From positions 14,919 to 78,918 of the forward strand of contig CANROB010000003.1 of the NCBI GenBank assembly GCA_947632115.1: a stretch of 64,000 nt of DNA. Reading direction: 5' to 3'. This DNA is from an uncultured Bacilli bacterium. GTDB taxonomy: Bacteria > Bacillota_I > Bacilli_A > RF39 > UBA660. Both the position numbers and the translations under genes were made by a program. The notes under the pieces are model-generated. The model worked only from the letters and a program-made list of their open reading frames with translations, had not been told where the DNA came from and ran no database searches. Each line of letters starts with the position of its first letter. Position 1 is the stretch's first letter. Positions 36,551-46,001 of this stretch are shown here, in pieces.

Positions 36551-37714
36551 CTAAAATTTTACTTTTTCTTTCGTTTCAATATGGATTCTTTGAACCATGG
36601 CCAAAGAGGCAATTAAAGTAAGAGTAAAACTTCCTCCATAACTTAAGAATGGTAAAGGTACTCCCGTTAAAGGAATTAACCCAAACATACCGCCTAGGTT
36701 AATAAAAATATGTGCGAATAAATAAGTAGCAACGCCTAAACAGATATATTTTCCCCGTATCGTACTCGCTTTACTTGAAAGCATCAAAATGTGATAGATA
36801 ATAACGCCATAAAGAAGAATGACTAAAGCCCCTGCTAAAAAGCCATATTCCTCTGCAAAAATAGCAAAAACCATATCGGTATGAGCTTCTGGGATATAAG
36901 AATATTTCTGAGTACTCTTTCCTATTCCCACACCATCTAATCCTCCTAGATTAATCGCAATATAAGCATTACAAACTTGATATCCCTTTTTCTTATATTT
37001 TTCAGGAGAACAAGGATTTAGATAGTTGAATCTGGCAAGTTGTTCTTCTGATAAGATATAGCCTTGTCTTGCGTATAACACCATTCCTAGGAAAAGAGCA
37101 ATGACCGCTAAATAGCCAACTACTTTCCACTTTTCTTTCCATAAAATAGGGCTTAAAAGATACATAACTCCAAAAATAGCTAGCTGAATCGCCATTGTTC
37201 CTACATCTTTTTGGAAGAATACCAAAGCTGGTATAAGAAGTCCTAACGCACAAAAACAAACGATAAGAGGAGCATGTTTTACTTTCTTGTTATGAAGTCG
37301 TTTTCCAAACTTTTCTAAATAAAGCGCTAAAGCGACCACAATAATAGGTTTGGCAAATTCACTTGGCTGTAAATTAAAGAATCCTAAATCTAACCAGTTT
37401 AAGGCACCTCTAGTTAATTTTCCATTAATAATAACATAGATATTTAATCCTAAGATACCAAGATAAAGAAGTGGTATCCATCGATAATACTTTTCTGTTT
37501 CTACATGAATGATAATGAAAAAGGCAACTAATCCGGCAATTAAAACAATTAAATGGCGGTAAAAATAATAGTAGACAGATTGATCCATCCCTACTACTGC
37601 TTCTCTAGAGGAAGCGGTTACAATATTAAAAAGCCCAAAAACACTAAGTGCAACTGTCAAAAACAATAACCATTTATCCATGAGTTGAAATTTTGTTTTT
37701 AAACTCTTCAACAT
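36551..37714 (-). CDS. FtsW/RodA/SpoVE-family peptidoglycan glycosyltransferase (SEDS)
   Basis: 387-aa ORF with about ten TM helices and SEDS motifs (LQPSEFAKP, PEAHTDMVFA, GLIPLTGVPLPFLSYGGS). Confidence 0.9.
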   Translation of the reverse strand: MLKSLKTKFQLMDKWLLFLTVALSVFGLFNIVTASSREAVVGMDQSVYYYFYRHLIVLIAGLVAFFIIIHVETEKYYRWIPLLYLGILGLNIYVIINGKLTRGALNWLDLGFFNLQPSEFAKPIIVVALALYLEKFGKRLHNKKVKHAPLIVCFCALGLLIPALVFFQKDVGTMAIQLAIFGVMYLLSPILWKEKWKVVGYLAVIALFLGMVLYARQGYILSEEQLARFNYLNPCSPEKYKKKGYQVCNAYIAINLGGLDGVGIGKSTQKYSYIPEAHTDMVFAIFAEEYGFLAGALVILLYGVIIYHILMLSSKASTIRGKYICLGVATYLFAHIFINLGGMFGLIPLTGVPLPFLSYGGSFTLTLIASLAMVQRIHIETKEKVKF

Positions 37715-37866
37715 GTTATCACCTTTTCTATCTTATTTCATATATTATAATATCATATTATCCCCTCTTTGACAAACGAAATTTCCTACTTTCCAAAAAT
37801 AGGGTGATAGTCATGAACAAATGAGAACGGTTGCAATATGATATAGTGAATAGTTAGGAGGTTTAT

Positions 37867-38055
37867 ATGTATTACTACGGTGGATACCAAGGATACGGCG
37901 GATACCCTGCTAATAACGGATGTGGTTCCGGCGGATATGGTTACGGAGCTGGATATGGAGCTGCTATCCTTTTAGTATTATTTATTCTTTTAGTAATTAT
38001 TATTGGCGCTCGTGCTTTTGATGGTGGCAATAATAATCAAGGTCCTAGAAGATAG
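37867..38055 (+). CDS. YjcZ-like tiny Gly/Tyr-rich transmembrane (sporulation-associated) protein
   Basis: Strong RBS (AGGAGG). G/Y-rich N-terminus followed by ILLVLFILLVIIIGA, the hallmark hydrophobic core of the YjcZ / tiny-TM family. Confidence 0.65.
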   Translation: MYYYGGYQGYGGYPANNGCGSGGYGYGAGYGAAILLVLFILLVIIIGARAFDGGNNNQGPRR

Positions 38056-38127
38056 AAGGTTACTTCTATTTTCTTTTTGCTTTTTCTTCGTTTCTTTGTT
38101 ATAATAAAAGTGCTTGGAAGTGAAACA

Positions 38128-38676
38128 ATGTTTGAAAAATTAAATATTTTGGATGAAAAAGAAAAAATTCTTCATCAAACGGCTTCTGAAGTTACGTTTC
38201 CGATTCCACAAGAATATAAAGATTATATTCAAAGAGCAATTCAAGAACTTACTTACAGTCAAATCGAAGAATATGCAAATAAATATGATTTACGCCCAGG
38301 AATGGGACTAGCTTTCCCCCAACTTGGGATTTCTAAGAGAATCATTATTATCGTTCACGAATACGAAGAAGGAAAATTTCATAACTACGTTGTGATTAAT
38401 CCTAAAATTGTAAGTTACTCTGATGAAATGATTGCTGCGGAAGAAGGAGAAGGATGCTTGAGTGTCAATAGAGAGGTCGAAGGACATATCAAAAGATACG
38501 CAAGAGTAACGGTTGAGGGATTTGATGAAGAGGGAAAGAAAATAAAATATCGGGCAAGAGAAGAATTATCCATTGCCTTTCAACATGAAATTGATCACTT
38601 AAACGGAATTTTATTTTATGAAAGAATTGATCCTAATCATCCATTCTATACCGAAGAAGAACTTCGTTTAATTTAG
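38128..38676 (+). CDS. def: peptide deformylase
   Basis: Motifs GLAFPQLG, EGCLS and QHEIDHLNG. Start set at the ATG at 38128 rather than the TTG at 38077. Confidence 0.9.
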   Translation: MFEKLNILDEKEKILHQTASEVTFPIPQEYKDYIQRAIQELTYSQIEEYANKYDLRPGMGLAFPQLGISKRIIIIVHEYEEGKFHNYVVINPKIVSYSDEMIAAEEGEGCLSVNREVEGHIKRYARVTVEGFDEEGKKIKYRAREELSIAFQHEIDHLNGILFYERIDPNHPFYTEEELRLI

Positions 38677-38684
38677 GAGGAAAT

Positions 38685-38810
38685 ATGAAAGGTGCCTTAA
38701 AATACATATTACTATTTTTAGTTGCTTGTATTTGTTCGTTTGGTATTTACTATCTTTTTGGACCAGACGAAGAACACACCATTGGTATTGAACAGACTGT
38801 GAATAACTAA
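38685..38810 (+). CDS. 41-aa single-TM peptide (not in the ORF track)
   Basis: AGGAGG RBS 5 nt upstream of the ATG at 38685. Hand translation gives MKGALKYILLFLVACICSFGIYYLFGPDEEHTIGIEQTVNN. A terminator follows directly. Confidence 0.45.
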   Translation: MKGALKYILLFLVACICSFGIYYLFGPDEEHTIGIEQTVNN

Positions 38811-38843
38811 AAAATCATATAGTAGATGCTATATGATTTTTTT
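38811..38843. terminator. bidirectional rho-independent terminator
   Basis: ATCATATAG-TAGATG-CTATATGAT stem flanked by an A-run and a T-run, between convergent genes. Confidence 0.8.
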
Positions 38844-39555
38844 AACGGTATTGATGAATTTCTAAATCCATATTCCCTTTTTTATTTTGATAAACGATAT
38901 CACGAAATATATATTTTCCATATCCACGGATAGAAAATACATCCCCTACTTTTAAAAGGGTTTCTCTTTTCATACACTCTTCATAATTTAAGAAAACTTC
39001 GTGGGATTCTATTTTTTCCAATACTTGTTTCCTACTTACTTTTAAAAGTTTGGCTAAAATGGCATCAAAGCGAAGACTAGGAACATGGAGAAAAATCGTT
39101 TCATATTTAGGTTCAAAATTTTCTATCACAGAAAGATCTTTAGTATGCCAACAAACAGGAATTTTTCCAATCGTCAAAATTTGGTCTTGCATATATTTAG
39201 AAATCGGTTTTAGAGCAACGACATAAGCACTATCCCGAATCATAATATCACTATAAAAATAAGGTAAAATCTGGTGAGCAAAAAAGGTTCCTAAAATAAA
39301 GCGATGGAAAAGAGGCTCCTTGGAGGTTATTTCTAAAAGTTCCATATCCGGTAAAGAATCTCGGTAAATAAGGACCTTCTCCGCCATCGGATAAGGTTTA
39401 AAAACTTGATAAGGAACTTTTTGTTTTCTTAAAAGAGAACTGACATAAAGAAATTCCTTAGGATCTAGAAAAAAACTACTTTCCCCTCTTTTTATTTTTT
39501 CTACGGCATTCGTTAAGAAGAATTTATTTTCCATATTTTTCGATATATTCCTCAT
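38842..39555 (-). CDS. YlmH-like RNA-binding protein with C-terminal S4 domain (start 39555 or 39534)
   Basis: 237-aa ORF. The C-terminal RFDAILAKLLKVSRKQVLEKIESHEVFLNYE...GDVFSIRGYGK follows the S4-domain pattern. Confidence 0.6.
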   Translation of the reverse strand: MRNISKNMENKFFLTNAVEKIKRGESSFFLDPKEFLYVSSLLRKQKVPYQVFKPYPMAEKVLIYRDSLPDMELLEITSKEPLFHRFILGTFFAHQILPYFYSDIMIRDSAYVVALKPISKYMQDQILTIGKIPVCWHTKDLSVIENFEPKYETIFLHVPSLRFDAILAKLLKVSRKQVLEKIESHEVFLNYEECMKRETLLKVGDVFSIRGYGKYIFRDIVYQNKKGNMDLEIHQYR

Positions 39556-41113
39556 ATGTCATTTCTTTATCACGATAAGTTCCATCGTCATAAATTTCAA
39601 CAATCCGTGTAGCAAGAGTAGTAATTAGGTGTTGATCATAGGTTGCAAACACGATGCATCCTGTAAATTTACTTAATCCCTCATCTAAAGAAGTAATTGC
39701 TTCCATATCAAGGTGATTTGTCGGTTCATCTAAAAGAAGAACGTTACCGTATTCTAACATCATCTTAGATAACATACAACGTACTTTTTCTCCTCCTGAT
39801 AATACCGTTACTTTTTTTAAGGCCTCTTCTCCACTAAATAACATTCTTCCTAAGAATCCTCTTACGAAGGTTTCTTCTTTATCAATAGAAAATTTTCGTA
39901 ACCATTCCACCATATTGACATCTTCTTTAAAATATTCCTCATTATTTTTAGGATAATAGGAAGTTTTTACTGTAGAACCTACTTTAATCGTTCCTTCATC
40001 TGGTGTGATGACACCTGCTAGAAGTTCTAAAAGGGCTGTTTTTCCGGCCTCGTTATCCCCTATCAAAGCAATTTTATCACCTGGTTTTAATGTCATTCTA
40101 AGATTTTTTAAAACCTCTTTTCCATCTACTATTTTACTTACATGGTCTAGATGAATTACTTCTTTTCCTAAATATCGTTCTTGATCAAACTGAATATATG
40201 GGTATTTTCGACTAGATGGTTTAATATCTTCTAGGACAATCTTCTCTAAAGATTTCTTTCTACTGGTTGCCTGTTTTGATTTGGAAGCATTCGCACTAAA
40301 CCGTCTAATAAAATCCTCTAACTCTGCTATTTTTTCTTCTTTTTTCTTGTTAGATTCCCGCATCTGTTTTTGAATCAATTGGCTAGACTGATACCAAAAA
40401 TCATAGTTTCCCGCAAAAAGAGTCATTTTCTCATAATCGATATCGACCATATGGGTACATACTTTATTTAAAAAGTAGCGGTCATGAGAAACAACAATAA
40501 TGGTATTTTTAAATTCAATTAAAAATTCTTCTAGCCAGCTTTTACTTTCTAGGTCTAATCCATTCGTCGGTTCATCTAAAAGAAGAATATCTGGGTCGCC
40601 AAAAAGGGACCGAGCCAACATGACTTTTACTTTTTCAGATTCTTTTAATTCATACATCATTTTATTCTGTAAAAAGGTGGGTATTCCAAGTCCACTTAAT
40701 AGAATAGCCGCATCACTTTCTGCTTGCCATCCGTTTTTCTTTAAAAATAAATCTTCTAAAATACCAGCTCGAATACCATCTTCATTCGTAAAATCCTCTT
40801 TGCTATAAAGAGCTTCTTTTTCTTCTTTAATATCATAAAGTTCTTGATCTCCCATAATCACCGTATCTAAGACACTATAGGTATCATAGGCATTATGGTT
40901 TTGGACTAATGTAGAAATTCTTTCTCCCTTTCCAATAATAATTTCACCACTTGTAGAGTCAACCTCGCCACTTAAGATTTTTAAGAAGGTCGTCTTACCG
41001 GCTCCATTCGCTCCAATTAATCCATAACAATTATTATTTTCAAATTTTAAATTGACGTTTTCAAAAAGGATTCGCTTTCCATATCGTAATCCAATATTTT
41101 GAGCTATTAACAT
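39524..41113 (-). CDS. ABC-F family ATPase (two ABC domains, no TM)
   Basis: Two Walker A motifs (GANGAGKTT, GDNEAGKTA), two signature/Walker B sets (LLLDEPTN twice), and a charged inter-domain linker. Start set at MLIAQNI (41113). Confidence 0.9.
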   Translation of the reverse strand: MLIAQNIGLRYGKRILFENVNLKFENNNCYGLIGANGAGKTTFLKILSGEVDSTSGEIIIGKGERISTLVQNHNAYDTYSVLDTVIMGDQELYDIKEEKEALYSKEDFTNEDGIRAGILEDLFLKKNGWQAESDAAILLSGLGIPTFLQNKMMYELKESEKVKVMLARSLFGDPDILLLDEPTNGLDLESKSWLEEFLIEFKNTIIVVSHDRYFLNKVCTHMVDIDYEKMTLFAGNYDFWYQSSQLIQKQMRESNKKKEEKIAELEDFIRRFSANASKSKQATSRKKSLEKIVLEDIKPSSRKYPYIQFDQERYLGKEVIHLDHVSKIVDGKEVLKNLRMTLKPGDKIALIGDNEAGKTALLELLAGVITPDEGTIKVGSTVKTSYYPKNNEEYFKEDVNMVEWLRKFSIDKEETFVRGFLGRMLFSGEEALKKVTVLSGGEKVRCMLSKMMLEYGNVLLLDEPTNHLDMEAITSLDEGLSKFTGCIVFATYDQHLITTLATRIVEIYDDGTYRDKEMTYEEYIEKYGK

Positions 41114-41182
41114 GCCATCACATCCTAGGTAAATGATAACATAAAAAAAATAGTATGGCAAACAAAAAAAAGGAGATAGGTC

Positions 41183-41923
41183 CTATGAAGAGATTTTTTC
41201 TAAAGATTCTCTTTTAAAATAACCTGTCGTTCCTTTTTTATTTCCAACTCTATAGGGATATTCTTCCCCTTCATAAATTTCTAAAATAATACGTTTCCAA
41301 CCAATCGCTTTTTGGTGGAAGGAAGAAGTAGCGGTGGCACTACTGGCGTATTCCCCAATTATTTTTACTCTATCTCCTACTTTTAATTCCTCTGGATTCT
41401 CTTTAGAAGAATCATCCTCTTTCTTCCAACGAGCTTCTAAGCTAATATCTTTAGAAATTCCTTTTGTAAAATCAAAGACTTCATCCCCGATATACCAGCC
41501 TAAAAAAACATATCCTTCTTTCACAGGATAAACAGGTTCAATCGCTTTTTCCCCTGCCATAATAAATTCTTCCTCTACTGGTGATCCACCGTTTGATTGA
41601 AAAGTAACCGTATAAGTTAAATCCGATACAGAAACTTTCTTTTCCCATTTGGCGACTAACTCAAAGCGACCTTTTACTTTAGAGTTAAAATCATATTTTT
41701 CGCCATCTTTTTGCCAGTATAGAAAGTTGTATCCTTCTTTTACTGGTTCTACTGGTTCTTCTACTAAATTTCCTACTTTGATAAGTTCGCTTTCTACGGG
41801 AGTTCCTCCATCAGAATCAAAAGTGATTAGGTATTGATTGCCCAAAAATAAAGAATAAAGAACCACAGCCACCGTAATAAAAATGACTACAGCTAAAACA
41901 ATAAAAACATTTTGTTTTTTCAT
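41183..41923 (-). CDS. membrane-anchored protein with two InlB B-repeat (Listeria-Bacteroides repeat) domains
   Basis: N-terminal TM helix, then two copies of TF.S.GG(T/S)PVE...V.EP..P.KEGY.F.GW. Start at 41923, after an AGGAGGG RBS. Confidence 0.8.
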   Translation of the reverse strand: MKKQNVFIVLAVVIFITVAVVLYSLFLGNQYLITFDSDGGTPVESELIKVGNLVEEPVEPVKEGYNFLYWQKDGEKYDFNSKVKGRFELVAKWEKKVSVSDLTYTVTFQSNGGSPVEEEFIMAGEKAIEPVYPVKEGYVFLGWYIGDEVFDFTKGISKDISLEARWKKEDDSSKENPEELKVGDRVKIIGEYASSATATSSFHQKAIGWKRIILEIYEGEEYPYRVGNKKGTTGYFKRESLEKISS

Positions 41924-41999
41924 AGAAAACCCTCCTGATACTACCCTTATTAGCTCCATTATACAAACATTTAAAATTCTTTGTCAAGAAAACTTTTTA

Positions 42000-42671
42000 T
42001 TATTTATAAAGTATTTTTAGGCGATTAATTACTTTCTTTTCAATGCGAGAAATATAAGATTGACTAATACCTAAAGTGGCCGCTACTTCCTTTTGGGTCA
42101 TTTCTTCTTGATTGTTTAAACCATAACGCAAAATCATAATTTCTTTATCCCGTTTATTTAGTTTTTCAATCTCTTCATACATTAATTTTTTTTCTGTTTC
42201 TTTTTCTAGACCTCGTGTCACTAAATCTTCTTCGGTTCCTAGAATATCTTCTAGGCGAAGTTCATTTCCTTCACTATCAAAACTTAAACTATCTTCAAAA
42301 CTAACCTCACTACGCCGTTTTTTGTTTTTTCTTAAGAACATCAAGATTTCATTATCAATACAGCGGGAAGCATACGTGGCAAGTTTAATATTCTTATCTT
42401 GATTATAGGTATTAATGCCTTTAATTAATCCAATGGTTCCAATGCTTACTAAATCCTCTAAATCAATTCCCGTATTTTCATATTTTTTAGCAAGAAAGAC
42501 AACAAGACGAAGATTATGTTCAATTAGTTTTTCTTTACCAGCATCCCCTAGACCTAAATAATAAAGCTCTTCTTCCTTGGATAACGGTTCTGGTAATTTA
42601 TCTAAACTTCCTACAAAATAAACCGGTTTACGAAAAAAGCGTAATAAGAACTGCCATATTTTTTTAATCAT
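42000..42671 (-). CDS. sigE: sporulation sigma factor SigE (pro-sigma-E)
   Basis: Pro-sequence, then YFVGSLDKLPEPLSKEEE, HNLRLVVFLAKKYENTGI..EDLVSIGTIGLIKGINTY and KLATYASRCIDNEILM, closely like B. subtilis SigE. It lies directly downstream of spoIIGA. Confidence 0.9.
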   Translation of the reverse strand: MIKKIWQFLLRFFRKPVYFVGSLDKLPEPLSKEEELYYLGLGDAGKEKLIEHNLRLVVFLAKKYENTGIDLEDLVSIGTIGLIKGINTYNQDKNIKLATYASRCIDNEILMFLRKNKKRRSEVSFEDSLSFDSEGNELRLEDILGTEEDLVTRGLEKETEKKLMYEEIEKLNKRDKEIMILRYGLNNQEEMTQKEVAATLGISQSYISRIEKKVINRLKILYK

Positions 42672-43428
42672 CGGATCCTCCCATCATCGAATGATGCAAT
42701 AAAAAGTCTACCCCATCTAGAGCAATTTCTTCTTCCATAATTCCTAGATAAACATTTCTCCATAACTCTTTTTCTATCCAAATTTCTTTTAGAAAAATTC
42801 CTTTTAAAATTCCTATCCCTGAAGCAGTCTGATAAGGAATTAAGATATTTTCGTCCCCTTTTAACTCTTCTTTTTTAGAAACTAAAATAACAGGTCTTCT
42901 TTTATAAGTAAGACAGTTCCCACTATCAAAATATCCAACTCCCTTTATTTTTCGTTTGAAAAGCGTAAAAGAAACTTCCTGGTAAAGATTATATTGTTCC
43001 TTTAAACTTTTCATCTTTCGAACGTAATAAGCAATCGCAATCGGCGCTAAAAAAAGAAGAAGGAAAAAATTCATGGCATAACTATTGCCAAAAAGAGTAG
43101 TTGGAAAACTGATATTCCAAAGGTAGATTACGCCTCCTAAGACAATACTGACAAAATAAAAATACGTAATATTTTTCCAAAAATAGCGGAAATTGTGATA
43201 CGAAAAAGCAATTAAGATAAGAACCATACTTACTCCAATTTTTAAAAGGAAAAGAAAGAAATTTGAAAGTGGGAAAAAGAGGAAAAAAACACTAAAACTT
43301 CCTAGAAAGGATGAAGCAACAATGCGATAAAAAGAGATTTTTCTCTTTAATAAATACCCCACACTTAAAAGGAGAAAGCAATCGATTAGGAAATTAAAGA
43401 AAAGGAGTAGATCTAAATAAACTTTCAA
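42664..43428 (-). CDS. spoIIGA: sigma-E processing peptidase SpoIIGA
   Basis: Five N-terminal TM helices and a C-terminal aspartic protease domain with the FDSGN motif. It overlaps sigE by 8 nt. Confidence 0.85.
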   Translation of the reverse strand: MKVYLDLLLFFNFLIDCFLLLSVGYLLKRKISFYRIVASSFLGSFSVFFLFFPLSNFFLFLLKIGVSMVLILIAFSYHNFRYFWKNITYFYFVSIVLGGVIYLWNISFPTTLFGNSYAMNFFLLLFLAPIAIAYYVRKMKSLKEQYNLYQEVSFTLFKRKIKGVGYFDSGNCLTYKRRPVILVSKKEELKGDENILIPYQTASGIGILKGIFLKEIWIEKELWRNVYLGIMEEEIALDGVDFLLHHSMMGGSDD

Positions 43429-43500
43429 ATCGCATCACCAAAAACAGTATAGAAGAAAGAAAAACGAAATTTTGTCGTTTTATCGTCAAAAAAAAGAGGA

Positions 43501-44583
43501 TTAAAATCCTCCTCGTTTTTTTAAGAATGATGGAATAATATCATCGTCTCCACCGTTTGCATCATCCGTATCATCATTTCTACGATTATTGATTGGTGCC
43601 TCTGGTTTTTCATAAGAATGATAAAGTGGTTCTGTATCATCTTCAAAACCTGTTGCAATAACCGTTACAATAATTTCATCGGATAAATTTTCATTGATAA
43701 CAGCACCAAAGATAGTATTCATATCTGTATTGGCACTAGAACGAATGACTTCATTGGCTTCCTCTACTTCAAATAACGTTAAGTTATTACCACCCGTTAC
43801 ATTGATAATAGCATCCGTCGCTCCACTAATACTAGTCTCTAAAAGAGGACTAGATACAGCTTGACGAGCAGCCTCGGTTGCTCTATTTTCACCTACACCA
43901 ATACCAATTCCAATTAAAGCACTACCACGCTTTTCCATAACAGTTTTAACATCTGCGAAATCTAGGTTGATAAGACCTGCTACCGCAATCAAATCAGAAA
44001 TAGATTGAACACCTCTTCTTAAAACATTATCAACTTCTTTAAAAGAATCTAAAAGTGGTGTCTGCTTATCGATAATTTCTCTTAACCGATCATTTGGAAT
44101 AACGATTAAGGTATCCACGTTTTTCTTTAACTCTTCTAGTCCGGCAATAGCCTGTTCCATTCTTTTCTTTCCTTCAAAAGAGAATGGTTTCGTAACAATA
44201 CCAACCGTTAGGGCACCTAATTCTTGAGCAATTTGAGCAACAACAGGAGCAGCACCAGTACCAGTTCCGCCACCCATACCACAAGTGACAAAAACCATAT
44301 CTGCGCCTTTTAGAGCTTCCTCAATTTCTTTTTTACTTTCCAAGGCAGCTTCTCTACCAATATCCGGTTTAGCACCAGCACCACGTCCACCAGTTAAGCT
44401 TTCTCCAATTTGTATCTTAATAGGGGCTTTTGAGACATTTAATACTTGCAAATCTGTATTAGCAACAATAAACTCTACTCCCTTTACCCCTGAATCTATC
44501 ATCCGGTTAACAGCATTATTTCCGCCACCACCGATTCCTATGACTTTAATTTTCGCGATTTGATCCATTTCTAATCCATTCAT
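43501..44583 (-). CDS. ftsZ: cell division protein FtsZ
   Basis: [13 protein letters not shown] and [12 protein letters not shown] tubulin signature, plus a C-terminal IPSFLK peptide. Confidence 0.98.
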   Translation of the reverse strand: MNGLEMDQIAKIKVIGIGGGGNNAVNRMIDSGVKGVEFIVANTDLQVLNVSKAPIKIQIGESLTGGRGAGAKPDIGREAALESKKEIEEALKGADMVFVTCGMGGGTGTGAAPVVAQIAQELGALTVGIVTKPFSFEGKKRMEQAIAGLEELKKNVDTLIVIPNDRLREIIDKQTPLLDSFKEVDNVLRRGVQSISDLIAVAGLINLDFADVKTVMEKRGSALIGIGIGVGENRATEAARQAVSSPLLETSISGATDAIINVTGGNNLTLFEVEEANEVIRSSANTDMNTIFGAVINENLSDEIIVTVIATGFEDDTEPLYHSYEKPEAPINNRRNDDTDDANGGDDDIIPSFLKKRGGF

Positions 44584-44595
44584 ATCTCTATCCTC

Positions 44596-45846
44596 CTATT
44601 GTTCGTTAAAAAAATATCCAAATAATTTTCCTAACATGCTATCACGTGTTGCTTCAACCGGTACTTTTTGAACGTCTGCCAATCGAGAGGCATCCTCATT
44701 TCCTACCATTGAATAATTCTTGCCTTGTAATTTTAACTTACTAATAAAGTAAACAATATTTCCTACGCAAGATGAAAATTTGTTATCTCGGATACCTAAT
44801 AATTTGATATTTCCAATACTGACATTCTTTCCTAAAACAAAAGAAGCCGTGTACTCAATATCCACCATATTACTAGTACCACCTGTTATTATCATATAAT
44901 CAATTTTCTTCGTTGTCAATATATTCATCTCTTTTTTTGCTAGATTTAAAATCTCTTCTAGCCTAGAAGAAACAATTTCTGAAACCTCAAATTGATTCAC
45001 TTTTAAAGCACTATCTAGAGAAGTAGAAATCTCATACATATCCCCTGTAGAAGCATTTCTTTTATTCGCTAAAGCAAAGTGATGTTTTAATTCTCTAGAG
45101 GTAGTTAAATCGGTTTTATACATATAAGCGATATCATTATCAATATTTTTACCACCCATAGGAACTACAGAACTTTTTACAATCACACCTCGATTATAAA
45201 GAGAAATACTTGTTGTTTCACTACCAATATTTAAAATTATTCCTACTTTTTCTTCCATCTCTTTATTTTTAAAGGCATATAAATCACCAATATTATTTAA
45301 AGTGATATCGACAACTTCAATACCAAGAGACTCTAAAAGGCTGATAACCGAATAGACATTCTTCTCAGGAGTACTTACCAAAACTCCTCTTACACTTAAT
45401 TTCTCACCTTTTTGATTTGTTGGATTCTTAAGAGGAAGAGAATCATCTACCTTAAAATCCACTGGTAACATAGTTACAAATTCTCGTTTTTCTAGCTTTT
45501 TAGAAGCAACCGCTGCTTGTATAACAGAAGTAATTTCTAAAGAACTAACAATTCCTGTTTCTTCTGGAATATCTACTGTTGCTTTTACAATCGAATATTC
45601 TGAAAAATAAGAAGGAACTGAAACGATTACGCGGCGTATCGGAATACCAATTTTAGATTCGATATCAAAAAGAGCTCCTCTAACAGATTTTCCTGCCTCT
45701 TCGACATCCGTAATCAGTCCTTTTTTTATTCCTTTTGAAGGAAAAGATGATGCTGCAAGCAAATTGAGTTTATTTTGATAAAGCTCACAAACTACCACTT
45801 TTATACTATCAGAACCAATATCCATGCTAGTATAAATATGCTTCAT
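44596..45846 (-). CDS. ftsA: cell division protein FtsA
   Basis: Actin-fold ATPase (DIGSDSIKVVV, NIGSETTSISL, ITGGTS) immediately upstream of ftsZ. Confidence 0.95.
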   Translation of the reverse strand: MKHIYTSMDIGSDSIKVVVCELYQNKLNLLAASSFPSKGIKKGLITDVEEAGKSVRGALFDIESKIGIPIRRVIVSVPSYFSEYSIVKATVDIPEETGIVSSLEITSVIQAAVASKKLEKREFVTMLPVDFKVDDSLPLKNPTNQKGEKLSVRGVLVSTPEKNVYSVISLLESLGIEVVDITLNNIGDLYAFKNKEMEEKVGIILNIGSETTSISLYNRGVIVKSSVVPMGGKNIDNDIAYMYKTDLTTSRELKHHFALANKRNASTGDMYEISTSLDSALKVNQFEVSEIVSSRLEEILNLAKKEMNILTTKKIDYMIITGGTSNMVDIEYTASFVLGKNVSIGNIKLLGIRDNKFSSCVGNIVYFISKLKLQGKNYSMVGNEDASRLADVQKVPVEATRDSMLGKLFGYFFNEQ

Positions 45847-45878
45847 AGTATCATCTCCTACAGTCTAACAATATTATA
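45847..45878 (-). promoter_or_regulatory. ftsA -10 box plus leader, homologous to the leaders of the array's small genes
   Basis: On the minus strand: GTATAATATTGTTAGACTGTAGGAGATGATACT-ATG. The first 15 nt are identical to the region upstream of the small gene at 53798. Confidence 0.5.
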
Positions 45879-45910
45879 CTATAATTTTTGTAAATAGAAA
45901 AGTTTTTTCC

Positions 45911-45965
45911 AAGGAAAAAAGAAAAGAGTCCTTATTTTTTAAGTATTTTTAAGATAGACTCTTTT
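45911..45965 (-). terminator. candidate terminator between the array and ftsA (long loop)
   Basis: On the minus strand: AAAAGAGTC-(26 nt)-GACTCTTTT followed by CTTTTTTCC. The 9-bp stem has an unusually large AT-rich loop, so confidence is moderate. Confidence 0.4.
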
Positions 45966-46001
45966 AAAATATTAACTAAGACCTGCCTCATCTTTTACCT
46001 A

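Noticed and set aside
42000-42671. The sigma factor could be SigK rather than SigE.
   Set aside because: It lies immediately downstream of, and overlaps, a SpoIIGA-type membrane aspartic protease. Its pro-sequence and region 2 closely follow the SigE pattern (YFVGS..LP.PLSKEEE).
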